Source of the DNA: Paraspadella gotoi
Taxonomy: Eukaryota > Animalia > Chaetognatha
Assembly: GCA_051294375.1 (NCBI GenBank)
Contig: CM119267.1
Location: 26,399,324-26,463,323, forward strand
Direction: 5' to 3'
Length of the DNA stretch: 64,000 nucleotides
The translations under genes were made by a program, and so were the position numbers. Numbering within the stretch: position 1 is the first letter of the stretch; every line of letters starts with the position of its first letter. Positions 25,801 to 38,158 of the stretch are shown piece after piece. Under the pieces are notes generated by a model that did no database searches, was not told the DNA's origin, and saw only the letters and a list, made by a program, of their open reading frames with translations.

Positions 25801-27355
25801 GGAGATCCGAAGACGCCGCCGATTGAACGGCACGCCTAATCTCGAAAAGCGCCGAATTGAAAGAGATCGCCTGAATCGCTGCCACGTCCCGAAGAGGCGT
25901 GGCCAAAGCTTCTATACGTTCCACGGCCTGATCCGTGGAGAGACCCTCCTTGAGCTCCTCGGCCAACAGACGAAGCTCATCCGCGGCGTAAAGCGCCGCG
26001 TGTCCAGACGCACCCGCCTCCTGCATCGAACGCTGATGCTGACGAAAAGAGGCGTTAGGATGAGCGCCAAAGGCTGCTTCAAATTGATGGATTAAGCATC
26101 CATCTCGATCCGGAGGGAGGAATGAAGCCGGAGACGAGATGAGGGAGTCGCGAGACGAGAATCCCAGTGCCTCACCAACTCTCCAGCAGCAGAAATCTGA
26201 CGGAGACTGCGCCATTGATCGACGACCCACTCCGACGCCGAGACTGCCTTCTTGGCGGTAGGGAGGAAGGTGTTGAACCACCCTCTGTGTCGGAAGCTGA
26301 GTCCACCTCCCCCTCCTCGGAGGATTCGGCGTCCGGATCCGGGAAGGAGTGCTTCAACCGGAACTACGTTGCGGAGGCGAGATCTCTCGTGAGTGTGAGG
26401 CTGAGGCAGAAACCCGTGCAGGGATCTGGAAGCGGAAGGCGAAGCAAGGAGAAGCGACGAAGAAGCGGAGATGAGGAGCGGCCATCCGTCGATCAAGAAC
26501 CGTGACATGAACGTAAAAAAACACGAAAAAACAAAAACAGCATTAGATCAAATAAAAACGATCTAACAAAAACCCCTCCCTCCCCTTTCCAAATTATCCA
26601 ATTTAAAAAACATAAAAATGCAACCGGCAAAAACCCACACCCGCGAACCAAAAGAACCCAAACACCGGTGGTGAAAAGGGGTGGACGGCGGAGAGTCGTG
26701 GGGGGGGTCGATCAAGAATCGTGATTCCATTTGGAATCTAAGATTCTCTGATCGAACCCCCCCACGAATGCCTCAGTAACGAGAAAAAAGGAGAGCGCGG
26801 TGTAAAAAAAGGAAAGAAAAGAAATAAAATTTCGAAACAAAAGGAAAGCAGAGGGCATAAGCGAAAATATGCGAAATGACCTAAAAAATAAACTCCCCCC
26901 CCGGTGAGCTCACCGGCGAAAATCCTCCATTTCCAAACGCAAGAGCGTTGAAAATCCTTCATCTCCTTCAAACCCGTCAAGGTGCCTCAAATAGAACACG
27001 ACGACTTCCAAGCCTCCAGCCGCACGCAAGTCTTAAGGAAGAAACGCTTCTTGGCTGACCGCCCCCCAAACCGGCGTCGCCGGGTTGCGCCGCTTCGGTG
27101 TGCGCTGCCTGAGATGGCCGGAACCGAGGTAACGGAAACCGGTCTCCGAGGCGAAGGAGGAGGGGGCGGTGGAGACGCATTGCGGGAAAGTCCCGGTTCT
27201 TCCCCGCGCACCTCCGGGGTCCTCAACCCCCTTGAATTCGACGATTTCGACGAATGGCGATCGCCGTGTTTGTCGTGCGATTTTTCGCGCGACCTCTTAG
27301 ATTCCTCACGTACGAGATGCGAAGACATAATAACGACCGCCGAAATTTCGATAAA
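22828..27355 (-). mobile_element. DIRS-type retrotransposon, copy 3 (left end in 100-N gap)
   Basis: Basic ORF 27328-26987, ICR 26697-26772, gag-like 26508-25553, RT 25318-24650 (GFYSRIFFVPKKDGGWRPILNLKRLN, LFYIDDILI), RNase H (HINVKEF), MT-like (IDLFAT, LFPPPPLL), YR (TVNLHRSAIS, HPIVRRFLKG, ARRSSE, GSTRAMA, AGDWS). Confidence 0.92.
26697..26772 (-). other. DIRS ICR, copy 3
   Basis: cgtggggggggtcgatcaag-aatcgtgattccatttggaatctaag-ATT-ctctgatcgaacccccccacgaatgcc, reads as the joined right and left termini. Confidence 0.85.
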
Positions 27356-27455
27356 NNNNNNNNNNNNNNNNNNNNNNNNNNNNNNNNNNNNNNNNNNNNN
27401 NNNNNNNNNNNNNNNNNNNNNNNNNNNNNNNNNNNNNNNNNNNNNNNNNNNNNNN

Positions 27456-28102
27456 GAGTGCAGGTCAAACGAAAAGGCCAATGCCATCTGATATTTTTTA
27501 TGAATTTTTTATTACTGAATTAAAAAAATGTAATAGAGAGACATTTTTTAAATTTCAACTTGTATCCTTGAAAATGAAACGTTTTTAAACTTTAACCTGA
27601 ATTCTTTCTAACTGGAACGCGTTTATCAAAATGTCTCTCTATTACATTTTTACAAATGTTTTTAAGATTGCTAATCAAATTTTTAATTCAATATTATTCA
27701 GTCTTTAGGCTGCAAACTCTTCAAATTCAGTGTAGATTCATTATAGCTCGAATTTCTTTACCATCTATTTAACTGAAGATTTTGTTCATGACTGGAGAAC
27801 CAACAGAGTAACGAGATTAATTGTTTAATTCTCCCCTTCTAAACTATCCCATACCGTGTTTTAACTTCTTACCTAGAATTTTTTAAAAACCAGATTGAAA
27901 AACAAATCTTTAAAAAATGTGCTTACCCATTTAACTTAACAATTTTGTTATTTACCCATTTAAAAAAAAATTATTGAAAACGGAATGTTTACATATAAAT
28001 AAGAACTTATTTTTTTGTGATTACTGATGACTATAATGTATTTCTCGATATAGATATATTAGCTCTAACACATCAATGATTACGTATTGTTACGCTGAAT
28101 GA
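27456..28102. mobile_element. Kolobok-like non-autonomous element (partial; other pieces at 14057-14088 and 19011-19268)
   Basis: Reverse complement of part of 39394-40209. Confidence 0.75.
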
Positions 28103-28120
28103 TTTATTAACAGAGTAATA

Positions 28121-28164
28121 TCGGACATGTTTTGACTCTTGCTTTGCGAGTCTTCATCAGCGTT
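28121..28164 (-). ncRNA. Degenerate minimal type I hammerhead motif
   Basis: Minus strand: cg-CTGATGA-a-gactc-gcaaagcaa-gagtc-AAAAC-ATGTC-cg (G12 changed to A). Confidence 0.6.
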
Positions 28165-29493
28165 TGACAGTAGACTATTTTTCACAATTATAAGTTAAGG
28201 AGAGAGAGAGAGAGAGAGAGTTTCCAACAAAGAATTGAGAAAGGACAGTGGTCTGATGTGAGGACAGGTAAAAGGACACAAAAAAGGGGAAGTAAGTTGA
28301 TTTTTGAAATGGTGAAAGTGAGAGAGAGAGAAAGACAAAACAATACATTTCAAAATAATTATTATCAATAATTATAATTAATTATTATTTTACTAGGGAC
28401 ACTCGAATTGACCTCAGTCACAAAGATTCCTTTCACTGAAATTCAGTAAATTCATCGTCGTTGTCGTCATTGTCGTAGTTATAAGATCTTCCGGTTAATT
28501 TAAATAAGTACATACGTACATTTATCCCCCTTTTGTTATTGTTCTCCAACGATTCTTGAGTGAAGCAAATACGATACCATAATCCATTTTGCATATTACA
28601 GTATTCGAAATCTTCTCTAGTTTTTAATGATAAGTGTATTAAAACTTGAAGCATAATTTTTGGTCATAAAATTTTAACTAAACATCCATTTTATATTTAG
28701 AAAAAGATGGTATCTTTACTCAGTTAAAGGGGGTGTTGAGTGTGCTCCCAGATCCTTCAAGAGAGGCTCTCTTGAAACCTAGGCTTAATTCATGCAATTT
28801 TTTTGGATCTGACCAATTTTTGTATCATCTTACATCAGCCTGTAATGTAAATTATCCAAAAATGTAATTTTAAATGGTAATTTTATGAAAAATAAAAAAA
28901 AGGAACAGGAAGTATCCTCCAGGATGTAACCACACCACTAAATAAAATCAAATGTTGTTGATTTATATAGAAGAACATATTAGTTGTAAAACTATGCCAA
29001 AGTAAGAGATTCTACCCTGAATGGTTAGGAATTATAAGCAATGATGTTATCAACTCCACATCCTCCAGCGTGCTGTGGAGCCAGTTGTGAAGGCTGTGGA
29101 TGAAAAGAGCACTTCAAATTAATATGAAATAATCTTTGATGATTTCCTCAGTTGAGTGGACGGAAAAACAAGTCATATTTGATGAAAAGAGCACTTCAAA
29201 TTAATATGAAATAATCTTTGATGATTTCCTAAGTTGAGTGGACGGAAAAACAAGTCATATTTTTTAAACAATTAATTTTTTAGTCAAAGGTGTGCCACAA
29301 ATCCTTTAAGCGAGGGTAGTGCTAAGGGTGTTGAAGCAAATTCGATGAGATTTGGGCAAACATCCTTTTTTATACCCCCACATATTGTGCCGGATGTAAA
29401 TTGAGCTACTATCATTTTGAAATTTTTGGCACACCCTACTGGGACATGACATAAAAAATATCTTACGAAACATTTTGAGGCGAATCCTATATT

Positions 29494-29735
29494 CGCCACC
29501 CGAATAGCTTGGTGAAACTCAGCACGTCACATTGGCTTGTACACTGTCCAATGGACAGCTAAGTACTCGTTCACCAACCGTTAGTTCCGGGTTCAATCCC
29601 CTCACGGTCACGCTGGTTAAAGTGATGGTTTCCGCATAAACACGCCAGTGACGTGGGGTCGTCAATGTAGGTCCAAAGCCCTGAGCGTTGGCTGTCGGGA
29701 CATGCCTCACTCCCTGGGCATCACATGTGTCCCCG
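29494..29735 (+). mobile_element. tRNA-headed SINE-like repeat family A, second copy (twister core partly deleted)
   Basis: Homologous to 10150-10388; B box GGTTCAATCCC; TAAACACGCC..GTAGG-TCCAAAGC-CCTG retained, P2' and P1 shortened. Confidence 0.7.
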
Positions 29736-29795
29736 TTGCCATAATAAAGAGACATAAATTATTGTTAAGTGTTAGTGACAGAACCGTTCAATATA

Positions 29796-29871
29796 AGCAG
29801 TCTCTGAGCTTTGGATCAGGCTGTAACACCATGTTACAGGCGGGTTAAGCGCCCCGTCCCTCTTAACTGCT
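29796..29871 (-). ncRNA. Candidate P5-type twister ribozyme (family C)
   Basis: Minus: agcagt-taa-GAGG-GA-CGG-ggcgct-TAA-CCC-GC-C-tgtaaca-tgg-tgttaca-GC-CTGA-TCCAAAGC-TCAG-AG-actgct. Confidence 0.65.
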
Positions 29872-30025
29872 AGAACCCCGGACCTTTGGGTTGGGAGGCG
29901 AATGACTTGCCTCCGGCACCAATGGTCGCTGATGAACGGTTGGTGGATTTTAGTCCACCATACATCTGCTAAGACCGATTGCAGTAATGAAAAAGTTTTG
30001 GAAAAAAGGCCTACTCAGTACTCAC

Positions 30026-30215
30026 CCATACACAGTTGGGCTCCAGTGGGATGGGTTCGGTAGTGGACCCTCCTGGATGGAAAATTGGGCAGGGAGGCGG
30101 GGCAGGCTGAACGCGCGGAGCGAGGAAGAAGGAAACAGAAGGGGCGTCACGTGATCCTCGATCGGGCGTTACCACGAAAACTCGCATTAATTGAGCGATG
30201 AAGACTTTAGTCGAT
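30026..30215 (-). CDS. SMG8: SMG8 exon 8
   Basis: AQLMRVFVVTP..PRVQPAPPPCPIF..NCVW; cag acceptor, GTGAGT donor. Confidence 0.9.
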
Positions 30216-30566
30216 CTGCAACCGAAGAAAAAACGAGCCCGGGGTGCGGGTCAGGCCGGTTCAAGGTTTTAAGTAACAATAACGGTAATTCAAATGTGTT
30301 GCGCCGCAGTGACTGCCTTATCACGAGTATTTATCGTGACATGATATGACGCTACTTGACATGACATGCGCCGAAATGATTTAGCCCGCTCAGCGATTAA
30401 GACTAGTCTGAGGACAGACAGTGGCGACGTGGCTTTGAATTGTACCACCAAAACTACTCGTGAATATTTTAAACTTGACTAATGAATACTTTGGCTACAC
30501 AAAAACTATTCGAAAAAGAAGCTTTGAGATTTGTTAACCAAAAGCAGATTAATTCTTTAAACGTAC

Positions 30567-30799
30567 CTGTCCCGGCAAGTGCATAGAGTGTAGAGAGGCA
30601 TGTCGGAAGCAACGAGACGTTCTGCGGGACTGGAGGCGGGGTTGACGGCGGCATCAGGGCAAGAGGAAATGAAACGATGACCACGCGGACATTCGTATTC
30701 GTAGCCGACGTAGGCACGAATCGTCGTCGTCGTTGTCGTCATCGCCTCAGATTCCTTCGACGAGACAGCGATCAAATTCTTTTTTTGGCGTAGGTAACC
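30567..30799 (-). CDS. SMG8: SMG8 exon 7
   Basis: RAYVGYEYECPRGHRF..DMPLYTLCTCR. Confidence 0.92.
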
Positions 30800-30869
30800 C
30801 TAAAAAAACATACGTTTTGTTTTAAAAGTTCTTTATTTCAGAATTCGTAAATTAAATAAAATCCGACAC

Positions 30870-31498
30870 CTTGGTGGTCTTGGCTTTTGGCGTGGACGTC
30901 TTTCCGCCAGCGGCAGCGCTGGCGTCGACCGCCGTTAGTAAATCCCAAGGAAGCAAAAAGTTTGATCCGGCGATGAATCCCGGCTGATCAAGTCCCTTCC
31001 CCGCGTTGTAAGATCCTGCGTTGCCAATGCGAGTCAAACTCCAAGAAGGAAACTTGACAGTAGCGCCCAACTGTGTCGTCGTCGTGAGGAGGCCTTGCAG
31101 AGTCACCGGCGACGGAGAAGAAGAGGAGGAAGAGAAAAGGGTGTTAGGCGCCGCCTCCTCGGCCGTCCAAGTCTTGGAAAATCTCCCAGATTCAGACTCT
31201 TCTTCTCCCTCTTCCTCGTCCTCCTCCCCCCCATCCTCGAATGGAATTTCCTCACTGCCGAGTGAAAAAGTCGTTTGCTCCGCCAAGAGAAACGTCGTCG
31301 TCGTCGTCGTCGTAGCGGAGAGAGATGTGGGATTCTTTTCCGCAGCCAAAGCGAGAGATGAATCAAGAGTTTGAACTCGTTTCTCTCCTCCCGGGGTGAG
31401 TCGAACCTCGTCACTCTGTTTCTCCTCTCCATTCTCTCGATCACGAAAGCCGGGTGACTCTCCTTGAACCAAAGAAAACTCGAATTTGTCGTAGATGC
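30870..31498 (-). CDS. SMG8: SMG8 exon 6
   Basis: Low-complexity acidic region then FPSWSLTRIG..YNAGKGLDQPGFIAGSNFLLPWD. Confidence 0.9.
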
Positions 31499-31561
31499 CT
31501 AAGAATAAAAAAGATGACTTTCGCTCTCAACATTCAACAATATCCACAAGTACAACAGAAC

Positions 31562-31823
31562 CTTCATCCAAGGATTCGTAGTAAGAAAAATTAGCCGCGC
31601 AAAGGTCGAAGGGATCCTCGCGCGAGGCCTGCCTCGTCCCGCAGTCGGAGGCCGCAAGAGTCTTGTTAAGAGTCGCGTGGGGTTTGGCGGGCAGTTGGAA
31701 GTCAGAGTCGTCGTCGTCAGCGATGAGTCGGTGAAGAGCATGAATACAGTGATTTCCAGTCAGCGTTGTCGCCTCGCAAGATTGACGACCGTCACGCCAA
31801 ATTGCCTCACATTGCTCTTTCAA
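31562..31823 (-). CDS. SMG8: SMG8 exon 5
   Basis: CEAIWRDGRQSCEATTLTGNHC..REDPFDLCAANFSYY. Confidence 0.92.
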
Positions 31824-31920
31824 CTAGAAGATAAAGAAAATCCCTCTTCATACTTAATATGAAAATAATGAAAAATCTGGGCGAATTCCTATAATAAGGC
31901 GACAACAGTGCAAGTATCAC

Positions 31921-32088
31921 CCGTTTCAAATGCGCTCCATAAGAAGGACCACGTGCATGCGTGTTGTAGACAGTCCTGGCGTGCGCGAAACGCTTTTGGT
32001 GAAAAGAGCGCGTGTAGTGAGACAAGACGCCCTCTTGATAAGTCGCCAAAGCGACGGGCACGACCTTCGAACACCGCGCTTCCGAAAA
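31921..32088 (-). CDS. SMG8: SMG8 exon 4
   Basis: FSEARCSKVVPVALATYQ..HYT..HARGP. Confidence 0.92.
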
Positions 32089-32211
32089 CTAAAAAATCTT
32101 AAAGTATAATAAATCTCGCCAGACGTTACTATCAAATAAAATTAATGAAAAAATCTTAAAATTACATTGATTCATTGCTCAATATTTATAAAAAAAAAAA
32201 AGAAAAAAAAA

Positions 32212-33772
32212 GAGGAAAGGTCATTCAACTTAACAATGCGTAATCTCTGATGTATTAGAGCTAATAAATACATCGAGAAATACATCGTAATCACCAGTAA
32301 TCACCCAAAAAAAAGTTTTTATTTATATGTAAACATTCTGCTTTAAATATTTTTTTTTAAATCGGTAAATAACAAAATTGTTAAATTAAATCGGTAAGCA
32401 CATTTTTTCAAGATTTGTTTTTCAATCTGGTTGTCAAAAAATTCTAGGTAAAAAGTTAAAACACGGCAAATTTAGAAGGGGAAAGTTAAACAATTAATTT
32501 TGTTACTCTGTTGTTTTCCAGTCTTAAACAAAATCTTTAGTTAAATAGATGGTAAAGAAATTCGATCTACACTGAATTTAAAGAGTTGCAGCCTAAACGA
32601 TTGCATAGGACTAAGCTCTGACGAACAAAACCCGAGGTTTTTTTAATATATTCTTATACCGGCCGACCAGTAGGAATGATGGCAATATTGTTAATATTAA
32701 GTTTTAAAAAAATCCTACCATAAATATAGAAAAAATTAAACAAAATCCTCGGAAAATCCACCCCTTCTTTGGAAGATTTTCGCCAAGATTTTTTCCCAAA
32801 TCTGACTCTCTATTACATTTCAAATTCACTAATAAAAATATTCATAAAAAAATACCAGATGGATGCTTTTTCGTTTGACCTGCAACTCTTTTTACTAAGC
32901 TCTGACGAACAAAGCCCGAGGTTTTTTTAATATATTCTTATACCGGCCAAGGTAAATGATGGCAATATTGTTAATATTAAGTTTCAAAAAAATCCAACCA
33001 TAAATATAGAAAATATTAACCAAAATCTTTGGAAAATCCACCCCTCTTTGGAAGATTTTCGCCATAGAGATTTTTCCCGAATCTGACTCCCGGTTGAAAA
33101 CTCTTAGAATTCCGATCGTTAGCTCCTCTTTTACTTTTACTTTAAATAAAAATTTTCACCAAAATGGACTAATTCACTTTACCATGATCGTATCATATCA
33201 AAATAACCAAATAAAATGTAAAGAAAATTTGAGAGCCCTTCAGATACTTTGCCAAAGGATTCCAAAAATTAGACCCATTTGTTAAACAGGAACATACCTC
33301 ATGTCACGTTTTATATCGTTTTTCAAGGAAAAAAATCCCTTTAATTTCTATATTAAAATCAGAGATGGAAAATTTTCCATCGAAGCAGCTCTATTTTGTT
33401 CTGGCTTGTTTGATATCAAGATGATGATGATTTGACAAGAGAAAAAAAAATGCGAGCCCTTCAGATGCAACAGGATCTAGGTAGATCAAGTGTTTTTACA
33501 TCATATTTTACCAGAATTTTTACCAGGAGCGTTATTATTGTTTGGTAGTCAGATTTGAACGAAAATCTCCATTGAAAAAGTCTTCCTCGATCTCTAAGAA
33601 CGACGTAGACTCCTACAACTCTTCAGTAGGTTCTTGTTATATTCTATAATTAAAACGATATACAATGGCTAGAATGCGAATCAACATGTTTAAAGTGAAT
33701 ACATTTTTGGAATCGCCACGAACTCAGCTTCATTTTTGCCTATTTTCAAGTTGATTTGTATGACCCTTTTTC
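32212..33772. mobile_element. Kolobok-like element interrupted by TAGG-ended element sequence (~32607-33615)
   Basis: Termini gaggaaaggtcattca / tgaccctttttc-ttaa; internal part matches 49063-49783. Confidence 0.65.
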
Positions 33773-33853
33773 TTAAATAATTACTATTTATCACCACACG
33801 CCAAAATCCTCAACACGCCAATATCTAACAGGGTTACTGGCCAAATTCTGAAC

Positions 33854-34039
33854 CTTAGTGTCGAGATCCAAAAGCGACTTGAGGTTGGCCATAGCGGAGG
33901 CGGTCCTCGAATCGCCAGCACCGAGGATGAGATCGTAGACGGCACCGGCGACGCCAAACCAAACGTCGACTCGGGGAAGTTCGAAGATGGCGGGGACGGG
34001 GTTTCGACCGAGATTGTCATCGAAGCCCCGATCCAAAGC
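33854..34039 (-). CDS. SMG8: SMG8 exon 3
   Basis: ALDRGFDDNLGRNPVPAIFELP..LDLDTK. Confidence 0.92.
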
Positions 34040-34089
34040 CTGGAACAATATTGGAACATAAGAGCATCAGCATGACTTTCTTTTTTGCA

Positions 34090-34120
<31 letters not shown>

Positions 34121-36844
34121 AGGAAGCCGCTATAGAAAAAGAAGCCAGTGACTTTTTTCTTATATTTTTATATCGATAGATGTGGAATGACGGGAATATT
34201 GTAAATCTCAAGTTTCGCTTTAATCGGACCTCACATTGTGGAGAAATCTTAGGAAACCCATCAAAATTCCACCCCTTTTTTTCAACATTCTCGCCTTTTA
34301 AGATTTTTGCCGATTCTGACTTCCTCTTACAAACTTATAATTCCGCTAGTTAATTTTTTTTTCTTAAACGAGCGAAGGGAATCCACAACTTTCTGTTATT
34401 TTATGATTTCTGGGTAAAAAATATAATAAATTACATTAACATTGGGATATTATGAAAGTATAATGTCTTGTGAAGCCTGTGAGAGTTAAATAATTAAAAA
34501 ATTCGCCTATTTTATTATTGAAAAATGACAGTAAAGTGAAGAAGTTGAATGTCTTCCGGCTCATTTCAGTAAACATCCCTGTTCTCTAGCATAAAATAAT
34601 GTTTACTTTTTGCTGGTGGAAAAGAAAGATAAATACTTAGGCTGTGTTGGGTGAATAATATTTTGTAAAATTTTGTAAGCATGCTTGTAAAATCAGACAA
34701 GCAAATATTTAAGTGAAAAAAAATTCACATTTTCTTTATCCAAAAAACTTTAAAGTTTTACTAGAGTACAGTTTAGTCTTTTTTCTTTCGGAATCATTAA
34801 AAAGAATTAAATTTTCATTTATTCCTTCAAAAGATATTAGTAGATAGACAAGTTATCTGGTCGTTTATAATGTTATTTCTAATATTTTTACATTTACTGA
34901 TAGGAAATGATGTCAATATTGTTGATGTAACATTTCAAATCAATCGACCCACGCGTTGAAAAATAATCTACACAAAATGGTCATTTTCCACGCCCAATTT
35001 TAAAACAAATCTGGCTTCGTTAAATTTTCTTTTTGGTTCCACTTAAATTTTTAGCTTTTGCCGAGTGACTTCATTGTAATAAAAAAATTGATTTTCTTGA
35101 TATCTTTTGAACCAAAAATGATAGAACGATGAGACTGTTCATATTTAAAGCCATAATTATGGGGCATCTTTTCCATATAATTTTTTCTCAAATATTTCCA
35201 CGGATTTTTAAAAATCTGGATCGAATCTTAGTCAAAAGTATAACAACTTTTGAAATTAAATAAACACACTTGGCTGTATTTAAAAAAATAAATAAATATA
35301 GTTCTGAAGAGAAAAGATGAATTATGTTTCTGATATAAACACAAATTTTCTATACCTCTAATGTTTATATAATTACTAAGGATAATGAATTATCATTTTG
35401 TGAAAACAAAAAAATTTAAAAAATTCATCAGGAACCTTAAAAAACATATGATTTAAATATGAAAATTTAGGAGTTCAAACTTTGTTCCGGCTGATTTAAA
35501 AACTACTGACATAGGGCTAAAAGCTATATTATCAGATTTTTAAATTTTTGTCATCTTCAGGTGCAAATTAAAACCTTTGCATAATGCCCATTAGCTATAT
35601 TAATATAACAATTTTTTATTAAAAAAGCATAACAATCTTTAAATAACACGCAAATTCATGCGCTGTATGGTAAAATTGTTGTTTTTATTTTTATTATAAT
35701 ACAAGGCTTTTATCAATAAAGGGGTAAATTGCAAAGAAAATAAGTATTTCAAGGCTCCATATTGATACTATGATATCAATGAATTTCTTTGTTCCTCGGC
35801 AACGAAATGTACCTAAGACATTGTAGTTTCATTAGCTAATCTTTATTTTTATAATTTTAAAGGGCATGTTTGGCAAAAACAGTAAGAAACAAAAATGACA
35901 AAAAATTTTGAGAAAATTTGGATTAATTGCTATTATTTCTTACTATGTCGTCAATTTATTTTTTCGTTATGTGCTTGAAAGTTAGGCTAAACCAACAGAA
36001 TCGGAATCAGTGCATGACCGCTGTATATTTATTTGACTTGTACAGTAAATACCGCAAAATAAAAAAAAATTAAAAAGAATTTAGACCAAGCGCTGTCGTG
36101 TTTTTTCAGTATTTTTTAGTCAAGACCTTTATGGATTTTCTTTGTTCCGGCGCGCTGATAGCCCAAACACTGCAGTTTCAGAAATCATCCATGGTTTTGT
36201 AATATTTACTGCGCTACTGGTGCAAAAATTGCTAGGAACCAAAATTATCAAAACCGCTTCGTTCTTTCGATTTTTTTTAAGCGCGGAGCGACATATCTAA
36301 TATAAGGAAAAATCAGTTTTTTTCTCAACCTTCCTTTTAATTTCTTTTTAAATAAAAATTTCGCGATTCAAACCGGACTATTTCATTTAAACCTGATCAT
36401 TTTATGTCAAAATTATTAAAATAAAAAAAAAAAATAGGACAAGCTCTTCAGACACAAAGCTATCAGAATCGCGAAATTCGAAGTCGCTCATGTCACAGGA
36501 AACATATAGCAATCCCGTTTGCAATTTTAAGTTTGTAAAATTCTATATTCTATATTTCTATAGTAAAAATGAGGTTTGAAAATTCTCTGGAGATGAGTAG
36601 TGCATTTCCCCTGGCTTGTTTGATATTAAATCCTTTATCAAATGCCATAAAACGAATAAGACAAGCTCTTCAGATGTAACGCTCTCGGAATCGTGCGTTT
36701 TTACAAGTGTTTTTAACCGAATTTCTGGCAAACGCGTTTGCAATTTGGGTAGTCAGATTTGAACGGAATTCTCTATTAGAAAAATGTTGAATTTTTTCTA
36801 AAGCGAGATTCTCGTCTACTCTCTCTCTCTCTCTCTCTAGAAAC

Positions 36845-37593
36845 CTGATCGATATGATTCTGAATAAAATCATCTAATGAGAGTCTCCGTTTCGTCTGAC
36901 CAAGTGAGGCGCTCGATCGAGATTCGGCGCTGGCAATGACGCCGGGACGCAACGACGACGACGACGACGACGAAAGCGAAGCCGACGATTTAGACGCTTG
37001 GGAAGCGGCGTCACCAACCGAGAAAGACGCCGAAAGTTTGCTCAGTAAATACGAAGCCGGATCTTCTAAGATGCCGCCTCCGCCTCCGTCGCCGTCTTCT
37101 CGAGCGACAATGTAGACAAACTCTTCGTTTGCGGGGACGGCGAATAGCGAATTGTTGGAGACGTTGGTGATGATACGAGCCTTGCGAAGAATTCGGTAAA
37201 TCTGGTCCTCCATCGTGTGTTGCAGACGCTTGAGGGAGTCCGCGGACGAGGTGGTGGCGGCGCCACGATCTTCGAGGCCTTCCTCGTCCTCGGCGTATTC
37301 CTCCTCGTCCACTGCGTAAGAGGAAGAGGAGGCGTTGCTGTTGTTGTTATTAAAGCCGTGAATGGACGGAGGTGCGGAAAGACAAGCGGAAAATGAGCGC
37401 GAAGCAGCGGCGACGCCAACTCCTTTCAAAGGATTTCTCTCGAACACAAAGAGCATCCTGGGAGAACATGGACGACCAGCGTAAATCCAGTCTTTCGAAA
37501 TTCCGCCGCCGCCGACAGAGCGAAGCGTCTCCGTCAGCGTCGGTTGCAACTTCTGCCGCACTAATTCCAAGTTGCGAAAAAGACGGACCAGCG
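36845..37593 (-). CDS. SMG8: SMG8 exon 2
   Basis: WIYAGRPCSPRMLFVF..LQHTMEDQIYRILRKARIITN..LFAVPANEEFVYI. Confidence 0.93.
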
Positions 37594-37704
37594 CTGGGGC
37601 GAATACAAAATGAATAAAATATAACCACAAATGTGATTATGGTCTTCCCAATAAAAAAGTAAATATAAAACTCAATCTTGACTCTTATTCGCAACGAGAC
37701 TCAC

Positions 37705-38158
37705 AAATGTCGAATCGAGACCCGGGGTTATTGACTACGACGAGATGAGAAACGGAAAAAAGAAAAAGGAGAGCGCGAGCCGAAGAGAATTGCGCCGAGG
37801 AAAGAAAAGAGTGAAAGATTGGCGAGCCCTCTCCTTCCTTCTCCTCATCCTCCCTCTTTCGGGCGGCAAACAACGACTCCTCACGCACGTAATCCGCGCA
37901 TGCGCGAGAGAGGACGACGCCGTCATCGACGAGATGGAGGAAAAGGACGCGGCGATCCAAGTCCACATGACCCTCGATCAATGCCGCCTGCGGCTCCGTC
38001 ACGTCCGCGCGGCGCCGACTGAAGCGAGAGGCGCCGACATCGGCGACGACGACGATGCGTTCGTCGACGCTCCGGCGAAGAGGGGAGAGGAAAGAAGAGA
38101 GAGAGAGGATGAGAGAGTCATCGAGGGGAAAAGAAAAGGAGAGACGAGGGGAACACAT
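37705..38158 (-). CDS. SMG8: SMG8 exon 1 (start codon tentative)
   Basis: IEGHVDLDRRVLFLHL..LLFLFSVSHLVVVNNPGSRFDI; GTGAGT donor. Nine exons total 3006 nt with consistent phases. Confidence 0.8.

Noticed and set aside
89-27523. Numerous overlapping plus-strand ORFs in the GC-rich blocks
   Set aside because: Antisense shadows of DIRS and exon sequence with no independent motifs.
28433-28654. 73-aa AT-rich ORF
   Set aside because: No recognisable motif, composition unlike the real exons, lies among repeat fragments.
29843-29905. HDV-like fold on the plus strand
   Set aside because: No room for P2/P3; the minus-strand twister parse explains the helices better.
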